NCBI GenBank assembly: GCA_041310335.1
Contig: JBFYXW010000063.1
Coordinates: forward strand, 7,079-71,078
Direction of reading: 5' to 3'
Origin: Syntrophaceae bacterium
GTDB lineage: Bacteria; Desulfobacterota; Syntrophia; Syntrophales; PHBD01
Length of the DNA: 64,000 nt
A program made the translations under genes and the position numbers. Below, one piece after another: positions 51,622 to 60,864 of the stretch (its first letter is position 1; the number at the start of each line of letters is the position of its first letter). Under the pieces are notes generated by a model, which made no database searches, was not told where the DNA came from, and saw only the letters and a program-made list of their open reading frames with translations.

Positions 51622-54036
51622 TCAGCCGTCCTCCGGCGGCGGCAGGGCCTCCAGGACCCGGACGGCCTCCAGGCCGTCCCGCCCGTAAAGGGCCCCGATG
51701 GAGTCGGCGTACTCCCGGGTGACCACGGCGCCGCCGACCAGGAACGGCGTCCGGAAGCCCCGGTCGCGGGCCAGGTCGATCGCCTGCTTCATGTGGACCA
51801 TGGTGGTCGTCATGAGGGCCGAGAGGCCCACGGCCCGAGGCTTTTCCTTCTCCATGGCGGCGACGATCCGGTCGGCGCTCGCGTCCTTCCCCAGGTCCAC
51901 CACCCGCCAGCCGGCGTTGCGGAGCATCAGGGCGACGATGTTCTTCCCGATGTCGTGGATGTCTCCCTCTACCGTGGCCAGGAGAACCGACCCCGGGGAG
52001 GCCCGGGCCGCGTCGCCCCGCAGGCGGGGCTCCAGGTGCTCCATGGCCCGCTGCATGGCCTCCGCCCCGGCGATGAGCTGGGGCAGAAAATACCGCTTCT
52101 CTTCGTAAAGGTCCCCCACCCTGACCACGGCCGGGATCATCGTGCCCTCGACCAGGGCGGAGATGTCGATGCCGGAGGACAGGGCTTCCTCGACGCGGGC
52201 GACGACGGCGTCCCGGTCCCCCTCCAGGATGGCCTCGGCCACCCGCCGGGCGGGATCCGCCGCGGTTGCCGGCTCCGGCTCCTTCCGGAGGGCGGAGAAG
52301 CGGCGGACGTAGGCGGCGGCGTTCCGGTCCTTCGCCAGGAGGACGTCGCCGGCCATTTTCAGGCTCATCAGCTCTTCCTGCGCCGGGTTGGCGATGGCCA
52401 TCGTCAGGCCCATCGCCTGGGCCATGGCCAGGAAGGCACCGTTGATCCACCGCCGCTCCGGCAGGCCGAAGGACACGTTGGAGAGCCCCACAACGGTGCG
52501 GCAGCGGAGCGTCCGGGTGCACCACTCGACGGTCCGCAGGGTTTCCCGGGGCGCCGCCGGACGGGAGGCAGCGGTCATCACCAGGGCGTCCACCACAGCG
52601 TCCTCTTTCGTAAGCCCGTGGCGCCGCGCTTCCCGCAGGACTTCCCGCACGATGTCCCGCCTCTCCTCGAAGGTCTCCGGGACCTCGCGGCCCCTCAAGG
52701 GCAGGAGGATGTACATGGCGCCATAGCGGGCCGCCACCGGCAGCAGGCGTTCGAGCTTGTCCCGCTCTCCGGAGATGGAATTGATGAGGGCCCGGCCGGG
52801 ATAAAGCCGCAGGGCCGCCTCGATGGTCTCCACCCGGGCGGAGTCGATCACCAGGGGCAGGGGGGTCACGTTGACGACGTGGCCGATGACCTCCCGGATG
52901 GCCTTCGCCTCGTCGATACCGGGGACGCCGACGTTGACGTCCAGGAGACCCGCGCCGGCCTCCTCCTGTTCCCGGGCCATGCGGCGGACCGTCTCCATGC
53001 TCCCCGCCCGCAACTCCTCCTGGAGGGCCTTCTTGCCGGTGGGGTTGATCCGCTCGCCCACGATCATCAGGGGTCCGTCCCCGAGGATCCGGCAGCCCCG
53101 GGCGGAGCTCAGCGCCGCCGGGGGACGGCGGAGCGGCGCCACGGGCTTCCGGCCCCGGAGGGCCTCCGCGAGGCCCCGGACGTGTTCCGGCGTGGTTCCG
53201 CAGCACCCCCCCAAGAGGTTCCCCCCCGCCTCGGCCATCGTGACGGCCTCGCGGGCGAAGGCCCCGGGGGTCATGTCGAAAACGGTTCGGCCGTCCACGA
53301 GGCTGGGCAGGCCCGCGTTCGGCTTCGCCACGAGGGGGACCCTGGCATAGGGCTTCACGGCCCGGACCATCTCCGCCATCGCCTCGGGCCCCACGGAGCA
53401 GTTGCAGCCCACCGCGTCGGCCCCGAGGCTCTGGAGGGTCACCAGGGCCGTCAGGGGATCCGTCCCGCCGAGGGTGCGCCCGTCGGCCTCGTAGGTCATG
53501 GTGACCACCGTGAAGGCGTCGGTCTCCTCCCGGACCGCCAGGAGGGCCGCCCGGGCCTCCTGGATGTCCATCATGGTCTCGATGGCGAACCCGTCGGCTC
53601 CCCCTTCCAGGAGACCCTGCACCTGCTCCCGGAAAACCGCCACGGCCTCCTCGAAGCCGAGGGGCCCGAAGGGCTCCACGAACCGGCCCGTGGGGCCGAT
53701 GTCCCCGAAGACGAGCACGCCCTGACCGGCGGCCTCCCGGGCCAGCCGGACCAGGTCCCGGTTGATCTCCCGCACCCCCGCGATGCCGTACGTTTCCAGC
53801 TTGAGGCGGTTGGCCCCGAAGGTGCAGGTGTAGACGACATCCGCCCCGGCCTTCGCGTAGGCCCGGTGGATCTCCCCTGTTTGACGCGGGTGTTCGAGGC
53901 ACCAGATCTCGGGGCAGACGCCGGCGGGCATTCCCCGCCTCTGGAGTTCCGTACCCGTGGCGCCGTCGAGAACCAGGATCCGCCCGGCCAGGATCTTCCG
54001 TATGCGCCGTTTCGCCGCCGCCCCGCTCGTCCTCAT
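51622..54036 (-). CDS. metH: Cobalamin-dependent methionine synthase, short form (Hcy-binding + pterin-binding + B12 cap/binding; no reactivation domain)
   Basis: Real start is MRTSGAAAKRRI (ATG 54036; 804 aa). ILVLDGATGTELQ and GGCCGTTPEH (Hcy domain), IVGERINPTGKK and GLSNVSFGLP (pterin domain), VEGDIHDIGKNIV and ALMTTTM (B12 domain). The track ORF 51622..54348 is extended upstream by shadow sequence. Confidence 0.9.
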   Translation of the reverse strand: MRTSGAAAKRRIRKILAGRILVLDGATGTELQRRGMPAGVCPEIWCLEHPRQTGEIHRAYAKAGADVVYTCTFGANRLKLETYGIAGVREINRDLVRLAREAAGQGVLVFGDIGPTGRFVEPFGPLGFEEAVAVFREQVQGLLEGGADGFAIETMMDIQEARAALLAVREETDAFTVVTMTYEADGRTLGGTDPLTALVTLQSLGADAVGCNCSVGPEAMAEMVRAVKPYARVPLVAKPNAGLPSLVDGRTVFDMTPGAFAREAVTMAEAGGNLLGGCCGTTPEHVRGLAEALRGRKPVAPLRRPPAALSSARGCRILGDGPLMIVGERINPTGKKALQEELRAGSMETVRRMAREQEEAGAGLLDVNVGVPGIDEAKAIREVIGHVVNVTPLPLVIDSARVETIEAALRLYPGRALINSISGERDKLERLLPVAARYGAMYILLPLRGREVPETFEERRDIVREVLREARRHGLTKEDAVVDALVMTAASRPAAPRETLRTVEWCTRTLRCRTVVGLSNVSFGLPERRWINGAFLAMAQAMGLTMAIANPAQEELMSLKMAGDVLLAKDRNAAAYVRRFSALRKEPEPATAADPARRVAEAILEGDRDAVVARVEEALSSGIDISALVEGTMIPAVVRVGDLYEEKRYFLPQLIAGAEAMQRAMEHLEPRLRGDAARASPGSVLLATVEGDIHDIGKNIVALMLRNAGWRVVDLGKDASADRIVAAMEKEKPRAVGLSALMTTTMVHMKQAIDLARDRGFRTPFLVGGAVVTREYADSIGALYGRDGLEAVRVLEALPPPEDG

Positions 54037-54488
54037 CTCGTCCCGCCTTCCTTCCGCTTCAGGTCCACCGCCCAGGAGGAGATCTTCCTCTCCCCCTCCA
54101 TGAGGCACCCCCGCCCCCGGTAGAGCACGCTCGACGCGCGCAGGAGCGCCTCCGCGCCCCGGAGCCGGCCGTCCTCCGTCCCGTAGACGGAGAGGATCGT
54201 GTCGTCCACCAGGACGAAGCTCCCGCGGAGACGGCCGAGGGCGGGGTTTTCCGACACCCAGGAGGTGCGGTCGGTCCCCTCCTCGAAGGGGTCGACGACG
54301 TACCGGTTCCGGTACTCCACCGGCGGGTCCGCCGGGATGCGCATCCACGAGTCGTTGATCCAGCGGTCCCCCTCGTGGGTGATCCGGGACTCGCCGCTCA
54401 CCGGGTAGAGAACGCCGATGGAGTCGACGTAGTACCCCCGGGCCTCCCAGAGGCCCTCTTCGAGGAGGAACGTGTGCTCAGGACTCAT
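54033..54488 (-). CDS. Hypothetical 151-aa protein (beta-rich, calycin/lipocalin-like by composition)
   Basis: ATGA overlap with the metH start and an 11-nt overlap with the upstream reactivation-domain gene. GC3-rich codons. I recognise no family motif. Confidence 0.6.
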   Translation of the reverse strand: MSPEHTFLLEEGLWEARGYYVDSIGVLYPVSGESRITHEGDRWINDSWMRIPADPPVEYRNRYVVDPFEEGTDRTSWVSENPALGRLRGSFVLVDDTILSVYGTEDGRLRGAEALLRASSVLYRGRGCLMEGERKISSWAVDLKRKEGGTR

Positions 54489-55143
54489 GGGCCCCTCCCG
54501 GCCCCGGCAGGATGCCCGTCAGGGCGATGACGGACTTCTCCGGCACGAGGAGGCTGTGGTCCGTCAGGGAGACGCCGATCCGGGAGAGGTCCAGGAGATT
54601 GTACAGGACCCGCTGGCTCTCCAGGGCCAGGTCCCCGTAGCCCGGGGAATACCGCCGTTTCAGCAGCCTCCGCCCCTCCCGGAGAAGGGTCCCGTTGACC
54701 CAGGCGGCGATCCAGTCGAGGGCCGCGTCGGTGATCTCGCTGGCAGCAGCGTCGAGAACAACCCCCCGGGTGGCGCTGCCGGTCGAGGTTTCCCGCGAGG
54801 CCACCGCCACGACATCCCCCCCCGCCGTAGCGGCCATCAGGAGGATCTCCGGGCAACCTTCCAGGAGACGGGACAGCTTCGCGCTCTCCAGCACCTCTCC
54901 CCCGGCCAGGACCGTGCGTCCGGCCTCCACGCTCAGGACCGGGATTCTGCGGGCCGCTCCCCGCAGCCGGATGAGGGACTCGGCCTCCCGGACGCACCGG
55001 TCCACCTCCCGCCGCCGCTCTTCCGGGAGCTCCGTTCGTCCGGGCCGCCAGCCGAGGCGGCGGTAGATCTCCCGGACGGGTGTGCGCAGGGGGATGGCGT
55101 CGAAAACGGTGACCGGTCCCGGCCGGCCGGGCGTGTCCTGCAT
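54478..55143 (-). CDS. Stand-alone MetH reactivation (AdoMet-binding, Met_synt_B12-like) domain protein
   Basis: 221 aa from ATG 55143. RRYSPGYGDLALESQRVLYNLLD...IGVSLTDHSLLVPEKSVIALTGI parallels the RxxPGY..(W)...Q..lf..L.....GI.LTES..M.P..SVS block of the MetH activation domain and of the separate activation subunits in Thermotoga/Clostridia-type systems. Confidence 0.7.
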   Translation of the reverse strand: MQDTPGRPGPVTVFDAIPLRTPVREIYRRLGWRPGRTELPEERRREVDRCVREAESLIRLRGAARRIPVLSVEAGRTVLAGGEVLESAKLSRLLEGCPEILLMAATAGGDVVAVASRETSTGSATRGVVLDAAASEITDAALDWIAAWVNGTLLREGRRLLKRRYSPGYGDLALESQRVLYNLLDLSRIGVSLTDHSLLVPEKSVIALTGILPGPGGAHES

Positions 55144-55198
55144 GTTCGTGTCCCCCGGGGTGTTCGCGTCGTTCCGCCGGCGGTCCTTCCCGGCGCCG

Positions 55199-56293
55199 TC
55201 AGACTCCGTCCCGGATCTTCCCGACAACGGCGCTCCCCATGGCGGCGGTCCCGACCAGGGTCAGCCCCGCTCCGTCCCCGGCGATGTCCCGGGTCCGGAG
55301 GCCGTCCCGGAGGACCGCCCGGACCGCCTCCTCGATCCGCCGGGCCTCCGCCTCGAGGCCGAAGGAGTGGCGGAGCATCATGGCAACGGAGAGGATCGTC
55401 CCCAGGGGATTGGCCGCGTCCGTCCCGGCGATGTCCGGCGCGGAGCCATGGATGGGCTCGTACATCCCCCGGCCGTCCCCCAGGCTCGCCGAGGGCAGCA
55501 TGCCGATGGAGCCGGTGATCATGGCCGCCTCGTCGCTCAGGATGTCGCCGAACATGTTCGTCGTGACGATGACGTCGAATTGGCGGGGGTTGCGGACCAG
55601 CTGCATGGCGCAGTTGTCCACGTACATGTGGCGGAGTGTCACCTCCGGGTAGTCCCGGCCGACTTCCGTGACCACATCCCGCCAGAGTTGGGTGCTTTCC
55701 AGGACATTGGCCTTGTCCACGGAGACCAGGTTCTTCCTCCGGGCCCGAGCCGCCTCGAAGCCCGTCTTCGCGATGCGGCGGATCTCCTCCTCCGTGTATA
55801 CGAGGGTGTTGATCCCCACCCGCTGCCCTCCCTCCAGGCGGACGCCCCGGGGGGTCCCGAAATAGAGGTCTCCCGTCAGTTCCCGGACGAACAGGACGTC
55901 GGTCCCCTCGACGACGGACCGCTTCAGGGGGGAAGCGTCCAGCAGTTCCTCAAAAACGTGGACGGGGCGCAGGTTGGCGAAGAGGCCCAGGCGCTGCCGG
56001 AGCCCCAGGAGGGCCCGCTCCGGCCGGAGCGCATAATCGAGAGGCTCCCATTTGGTGCCGCCCACGGCCCCCAGGAGGACGGCGTCGGACTCCATGGCCA
56101 GGGACAGGCTCTGCTCCGGGAGGGGACCCCCGAGCCGGTCATAGGCGGCGCCGCCTGCGAGACCCTCGCGAATATCCAGGGAGAGGCCGGCTTGTTCCGA
56201 CAGGGCCTTAAGGACCCGCAGGGCCTCCCGGACCACCTCGGGACCGATGCCGTCACCGGGGAACACGGCAATCCGGTAATGGCTGCGGCTCAC
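55199..56293 (-). CDS. leuB: 3-isopropylmalate dehydrogenase
   Basis: [65 protein letters not shown] and [15 protein letters not shown] start at 56293 overlaps the leuD stop (GTGA). Confidence 0.9.
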   Translation of the reverse strand: MSRSHYRIAVFPGDGIGPEVVREALRVLKALSEQAGLSLDIREGLAGGAAYDRLGGPLPEQSLSLAMESDAVLLGAVGGTKWEPLDYALRPERALLGLRQRLGLFANLRPVHVFEELLDASPLKRSVVEGTDVLFVRELTGDLYFGTPRGVRLEGGQRVGINTLVYTEEEIRRIAKTGFEAARARRKNLVSVDKANVLESTQLWRDVVTEVGRDYPEVTLRHMYVDNCAMQLVRNPRQFDVIVTTNMFGDILSDEAAMITGSIGMLPSASLGDGRGMYEPIHGSAPDIAGTDAANPLGTILSVAMMLRHSFGLEAEARRIEEAVRAVLRDGLRTRDIAGDGAGLTLVGTAAMGSAVVGKIRDGV

Positions 56294-56802
56294 GCGCCCC
56301 CCTTTCCGGCGGAACGCTTCTTTGCCAGGTGGTTCATGAGTCCCCCGTCCTTGAGCAGTTCCATCATGAACGGCGGGATGGGCTGGATGGCCAGGGTCTC
56401 CCCCTCCCCGCCAAGGATGCGGATCGTACCGGCGGCGCCGTCCACCTCGATCTCGGCCCCCTCGGGGACCCGGTCCCACAACTCGGCGGATTCGAAGATG
56501 GGGAGCCCCATGTTGAAGGCGTTCCGGTAAAAGATACGGGCGAAGCTCCGGGCCACGACGCAGGACAGGCCCGCCTCGCGGATGGCGATGGGGGCGTGCT
56601 CCCGGGAGGACCCGCAGCCGAAGTTCTCCCCCGCCACGATGACGTCGCCGGGGCGGATCTTCCGTACGAACTCCGGGTCGGCGTCCTCCATGCAGTGGGC
56701 GCCCATCTGCTTCGGGTCGTGGATGTTCATGTGCCGGGCGGGGTAGATCACGTCGGTGTCGACGTTGTCCCCGAATTTCCAGACGCGGCCCCGGAATTTC
56801 AT
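56290..56802 (-). CDS. leuD: 3-isopropylmalate dehydratase small subunit
   Basis: [39 protein letters not shown] and [18 protein letters not shown]. Confidence 0.9.
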   Translation of the reverse strand: MKFRGRVWKFGDNVDTDVIYPARHMNIHDPKQMGAHCMEDADPEFVRKIRPGDVIVAGENFGCGSSREHAPIAIREAGLSCVVARSFARIFYRNAFNMGLPIFESAELWDRVPEGAEIEVDGAAGTIRILGGEGETLAIQPIPPFMMELLKDGGLMNHLAKKRSAGKGGA

Positions 56803-56811
56803 CGAATCCCC

Positions 56812-58071
56812 CTACAGTTCGTCGGGCCCGGCGATCCGGCCCAGGACGGCCGAGGCCGCCGCCACGGCGGGATTGGCAAGGTAAACCTCGCTTTTCGGGT
56901 GGCCCATGCGGCCCACGAAGTTCCGGTTTGTCGTCGCCACGGCCCGCTCGCCCTCCGCCAGGATCCCCATGTGGCCGCCCAGGCAGGCGCCGCAGGTGGG
57001 GGGGCCGATGACGGCGTCGGCGGCGAGGAAGGTCTCCAGGAGCCCCTCCCGGAGGGCCATTCCGTATACCTCCGGCGTGGTGGGGACGACAATGAGGCGC
57101 AGCCCCGGCGCCGCCTTCCGCCCCTTGAGGAGCGACGCGGCGATGCGCAGGTCCTCGATGCGGCCGTTCGTGCAGGAGCCGATATAGACCTGGTCGACGG
57201 GGACGTTCCCCACGTCGCGGATTCCCCGGGTGTTGGACGGCAGGTGGGGAAAGGCCACCTGGGGCTCCAGGGAATCCAGGTCCACCTCCAGGCGGCTGAT
57301 GTACCGGGCGTCCGGGTCGGAGTCAAGGAGGACGCCGGTCCGGCCGGCCCGCTCCCTCACGTAGGCCTCCGCCACGGCGTCGGGGGCGAAGATCCCGCTC
57401 TTGGCCCCCGCCTCGATGACCATGTTGGCCATGGTCAGCCGGTCCGCCAGGGACAGCGCGGAAACGCCGTCTCCCTTGAACTCCATGGCCTTGTAGAGGG
57501 CCCCGTCGACGCCGATCCGGCCGATGACGTGGAGGATGACGTCCTTTCCCGAGACCCAGCGCCCCGGGCGACCCTTGAGAACGATCTCCATGCTCTCGGG
57601 GACCCGGAGCCAGGCCTCGCCGGTCATCATGACCGCCGCCAGGTCCGTGCTCCCGACACCGGTGGCGAAGGCCCCCAGGGCGCCGTAGGTGCAGGTGTGG
57701 CTGTCGGCGCCGATGACCACGTCGCCGGGGACGACGATCCCCTTCTCGTGCAGCAGGACGTGCTCGACACCGCACCGGCCCCCCTCGTAGTAGTGGGTCA
57801 GGCCCTGCTCCCGGGCGAACTCCCGGAGGATTTTCACCTGGCCCGCCGACAGGATGTCTTTGTTGGGGGTGAAGTGGTCCGCCACCAGGACGACCTTCGC
57901 GGGATCGAAGACCTTCGTGCCCCCGGCCTTTCGGAACTCGGCAATGGCGATGGGGGCCGTGATGTCGTGCCCCAGGGCCACGTCCACCCGGGCGTTGACG
58001 AGCATCCCCGGACGGATCTCCGTGAGATCGGCGTGCCGGAGAAGGATTTTTTCGGTGATCGTGAGGCCCAT
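56812..58071 (-). CDS. leuC: 3-isopropylmalate dehydratase large subunit (type 2, about 420 aa)
   Basis: [52 protein letters not shown], and ACLGGHMG in the Fe-S ligand context. Confidence 0.9.
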   Translation of the reverse strand: MGLTITEKILLRHADLTEIRPGMLVNARVDVALGHDITAPIAIAEFRKAGGTKVFDPAKVVLVADHFTPNKDILSAGQVKILREFAREQGLTHYYEGGRCGVEHVLLHEKGIVVPGDVVIGADSHTCTYGALGAFATGVGSTDLAAVMMTGEAWLRVPESMEIVLKGRPGRWVSGKDVILHVIGRIGVDGALYKAMEFKGDGVSALSLADRLTMANMVIEAGAKSGIFAPDAVAEAYVRERAGRTGVLLDSDPDARYISRLEVDLDSLEPQVAFPHLPSNTRGIRDVGNVPVDQVYIGSCTNGRIEDLRIAASLLKGRKAAPGLRLIVVPTTPEVYGMALREGLLETFLAADAVIGPPTCGACLGGHMGILAEGERAVATTNRNFVGRMGHPKSEVYLANPAVAAASAVLGRIAGPDEL

Positions 58072-58224
58072 GAAGGTTCGCTCCAGGAATGTGCCGGATG
58101 GCGACCTTTCTATAATATCTCCGCCCGTTAATCAACCCGAACATTCCGGGGCACCTCCAACGGGGAGGTGGCCGCGGCGAGGGGCAAGGGCAACGCCGCA
58201 GGCAATCCCTTTTCATCGACCCGC

Positions 58225-58265
58225 AAAAAAAAGAGGCCGGAGGTCTCAAACCCTCCAGCCTCTTC
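58225..58265 (-). terminator. Strong Rho-independent terminator after the Spy/ZraP-like gene
   Basis: Minus strand: AGAGGCTGGAGG-GTTTGAGA-CCTCCGGCCTCT (12-bp stem with one G.U), followed by TTTTTTTT. It starts 33 nt after the stop at 58298. Confidence 0.75.
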
Positions 58266-58297
58266 TCTATATCAGGCGCCAAGCGCCGGTTGGGAAC

Positions 58298-58828
58298 TTA
58301 CCAGCCCCGGGGACCCATCCCCCGACCCGGGCCGGGACCGAACCCCGGGCCGTCGCAATCGGCTCCCGCCCCCCGGCCGAAGCCGGGACCGAAACCGCGG
58401 CCGAAGCCGGGACCGCGGGCCTGGACCTGGGTCCGCTGTTCAGGGGTCAGGAGGTTCAGCACCTGGAGCCGGTGCTTCGTGGCCTTCTCCTGGATCTGCG
58501 TCCGGATGGCCTGGATTTCCCGGTTGACCTTGAGGATCTTCTCCTCGCTCGGGCTGGCTTCCAGCCAGATGGTGCGAAGTTCTCCCCGCTTCGCGAACAG
58601 GGCCGCCTGGAGGGGCTGCACGTCCTTCTGGTGGGCCAACCGCAGGGCCTGCACCTTCTGGTTCTGCTCCGCCGTCAGTTCCAGGCCGGCCGGTCCGCCC
58701 GCGTCGCCGCTGTAGCAGGGTCCGCGGCCCCAGCCGCGCCCCCCGCCCGGCCCCCAGGCCCAGGTTGTGGTGGCCATGAGGACGATGGCCAGGACTGCCA
58801 CCGCTGTCATCCATTTCTTGCCTTTCAT
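58298..58828 (-). CDS. Periplasmic Spy/CpxP/ZraP-family protein (LTxxQ motifs) with Gly-rich termini
   Basis: Signal peptide MKGKKWMTAVAVLAIVLMATTTWA. Two LTxxQ motifs (LTAEQNQK, LTPEQRTQ) in a helical core. GPGGGRGWGRG at the N-terminus and GPGFGRGFGPGFGRG...GPGFGPGPGRG at the C-terminus. Divergent from the HK/RR pair, as zraP is from zraSR. Confidence 0.75.
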   Translation of the reverse strand: MKGKKWMTAVAVLAIVLMATTTWAWGPGGGRGWGRGPCYSGDAGGPAGLELTAEQNQKVQALRLAHQKDVQPLQAALFAKRGELRTIWLEASPSEEKILKVNREIQAIRTQIQEKATKHRLQVLNLLTPEQRTQVQARGPGFGRGFGPGFGRGAGADCDGPGFGPGPGRGMGPRGW

Positions 58829-58914
58829 GTCAGGATCTCCTTTCTGTCGATCGCACTGTCCGATTTATTTTTCCGCTTGGACTTGTGCGTTGCTTCCCTT
58901 TTGCATGGGAATAA

Positions 58915-58930
58915 AGCAACGGCCGTGCCA
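58915..58930 (-). promoter_or_regulatory. Sigma-54 (-24/-12) promoter: TGGCAC-GGCCG-TTGCT
   Basis: The minus strand reads TGGCACGGCCGTTGCT (58930 to 58915), a perfect match to TGGCAC-N5-TTGCW. It lies about 87 nt upstream of the Spy/ZraP-like ATG (58828). Confidence 0.8.
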
Positions 58931-59026
58931 AAACAGGGAGAAATTTTCATTTCATTGGAATCACGTATGTATTCTGAAAGCAGCACCCGTCCGACACGCC
59001 TTGCGGAACAGGAGAGCGAAAAAGAG

Positions 59027-59075
59027 TGGATACGGAATATCCATCCGTGGTATCCGTTTGGATACAAAATATCCA
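59027..59075. promoter_or_regulatory. Two palindromic enhancer (UAS) sites TGGATA-N5-TATCCA for the adjacent sigma-54 activator
   Basis: TGGATACGGAATATCCA (59027-59043) and TGGATACAAAATATCCA (59059-59075). They are 32 bp centre to centre (about 3 helical turns) and 100-150 bp upstream of the sigma-54 promoter, with an AT-rich spacer between. Confidence 0.65.
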
Positions 59076-59097
59076 CTCGCATCAGGAGATGTTTCGG

Positions 59098-60864
59098 ATG
59101 ACGGCCCGGCCGCCACGGATCCAATCCAGACGCAATCCCCTCGGAAGGTCTTTCTGGACCGGCCTCTCGCCCTGGCTCGTCCTCGGCGTCGCCCTGATCC
59201 TCGCCCCCCTGTTCAGTTGGATGACCGTGGTGAACCTGAGCCGCCACGAGGCCTTCATGAACCAGCTCCTCCTGGAGAAGGGGGAGGCCCTGATCCGGTC
59301 TTACGAGGCGGGGGCCCGCACCGGCCTGGGGCTCCACCGCTGGGGCTACCTGGAACTGCAGAAGCTCCTCATCGAAACGGCCCAGCAGCAGGGGATCGAC
59401 TACATGGTCGTCGTGGACGGCGAGGGGATGATCCTGGCGGACAGCGACCCCTCCGCCGTCGGCCGGCCCTACGGCTCCGGCCTGGACCTCCGGGAGATCG
59501 CCCGCTCCTCGGAGGCCCGGTGGCGCCTGGTGCCCAACCCGGCGGGGGCGGACAGCTTCGAGGTCTTCCGCGGGTTCCGGCCCGGCGCCGGCGGACCTCC
59601 CTTCGGCCCAGGCGGGCGGATCCCGCCTCCAGTGAACCCGGAGTCGATCCGCGAGCTGATCGTTTTCGTCGGCCTGGACACGACGCCCCTCGAGGACATC
59701 CGGAAGCGGCAACGCAACCAGTCCATCGGGCAGGGCATCCTCTTCCTGCTCACCGGGTGCGCCGGCTTCCTGGCCCTGTTTCTCGTCCAGGGCTGGCGGA
59801 CCGCCCGGCAGTCCCTCTCCCGGATCAAGGCCTTCTCGGACCGACTGGTGGAGCGCATGCCCATCGGGCTCCTGGCCATCGGGACCGACAGCGTCATCGC
59901 CGCCTGCAACCAGTCGGCGGAAGCGATCCTCGGGCTCGCGCCCGGAGGCGCGGACGGGCGGCCGGCCCGGGATGTCCTTCCCCCTTGCCTGATGGACCTG
60001 TGGAAGGAGTTGCAGGAAACCGGGAAAACCCTGGAGCGGGATCTGGAATGTCACTGGGAGGATGGCCGTGACGTTCCCCTGGAGGCCCTGGCCACGCTCC
60101 TGGAATCGGAGGAGGGAGCGCCCCTGGGGGCCATCCTCCTCTTCCGGGACGTCACGGAACTGAGACACTTAAAGGAGGAGGTCGCCCGGAGCCAGCGGCT
60201 GGCTTCCCTGGGCAGCCTGGCCGCCGGCATGGCCCACGAGATCCGCAATCCCCTGAGCTCCATCAAGGGGTTCGCCACCTATTTCCGGGAACGCTACCGG
60301 GACATCCCGGAAGACAGGGACACGGCGGACATCCTGATCCAGGAGGTGGACCGGCTCAACCGGGTCATCACGCAGTTGCTGGAGTTCGCCCGCCCCCTGA
60401 CGCTCCAGCAGGTGCCCGTTGACCTGGCGGAAGCGGCCGAACGGGCCCTCCAGGTCATTTCCGGCGAGGCCCGGGAAAAGGGAATCTCCCTGGAAACCAG
60501 AATCCCCCGGGACCTTCCGAAGGTTCCGGCGGACCCGGACCGGCTGCAGCAGGTTTTCCTCAACCTGTACCTGAACGCCCTGGCCGCCATGGAGCCCGGC
60601 GGGGTCCTCACGACGGCGGCATCGACCGCCCCGGATGGGACCGTCCGCGTGCAGATCACGGACACGGGCGCCGGCATCCCGGAAGAGGACCTGAGCCGCG
60701 TCTTCGACCCCTACTACACGACCAAGCCGTCGGGGACGGGCCTGGGCCTCGCCATCGTCCACAAGATCGTCGAGGCCCACGGCGGCGACATCCGCCTGGA
60801 GAGCGAGCCGGGCCAGGGAACGACCGTATCGGTCCGAATCCCCGCCGGAAAGGAAAAGGCATGA
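59098..60864 (+). CDS. Sensor histidine kinase (2 TM + periplasmic domain, PAS, HisKA, HATPase_c; ZraS/AtoS-like)
   Basis: TM segments WLVLGVALILAPLF and ILFLLTGCAGFLALFLV. H-box LAAGMAHEIRNPLSSI, N-box QVFLNLYLNAL, and G-boxes DTGAGI and GTGLGLAIV. Start moved to ATG 59098 (AGGAG 9 nt upstream), because the track start at 59026 lies inside the UAS palindromes. Confidence 0.85.
   Translation: MTARPPRIQSRRNPLGRSFWTGLSPWLVLGVALILAPLFSWMTVVNLSRHEAFMNQLLLEKGEALIRSYEAGARTGLGLHRWGYLELQKLLIETAQQQGIDYMVVVDGEGMILADSDPSAVGRPYGSGLDLREIARSSEARWRLVPNPAGADSFEVFRGFRPGAGGPPFGPGGRIPPPVNPESIRELIVFVGLDTTPLEDIRKRQRNQSIGQGILFLLTGCAGFLALFLVQGWRTARQSLSRIKAFSDRLVERMPIGLLAIGTDSVIAACNQSAEAILGLAPGGADGRPARDVLPPCLMDLWKELQETGKTLERDLECHWEDGRDVPLEALATLLESEEGAPLGAILLFRDVTELRHLKEEVARSQRLASLGSLAAGMAHEIRNPLSSIKGFATYFRERYRDIPEDRDTADILIQEVDRLNRVITQLLEFARPLTLQQVPVDLAEAAERALQVISGEAREKGISLETRIPRDLPKVPADPDRLQQVFLNLYLNALAAMEPGGVLTTAASTAPDGTVRVQITDTGAGIPEEDLSRVFDPYYTTKPSGTGLGLAIVHKIVEAHGGDIRLESEPGQGTTVSVRIPAGKEKA

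Noticed and set aside
58072-58224. Leader/attenuator upstream of leuC (hairpin CACCTCC-AACGG-GGAGGTG at about 58150-58170)
   Set aside because: It is a single 7-bp hairpin with no Leu-rich leader peptide, no T-box features and no U-tract. That is insufficient to call a regulatory element.
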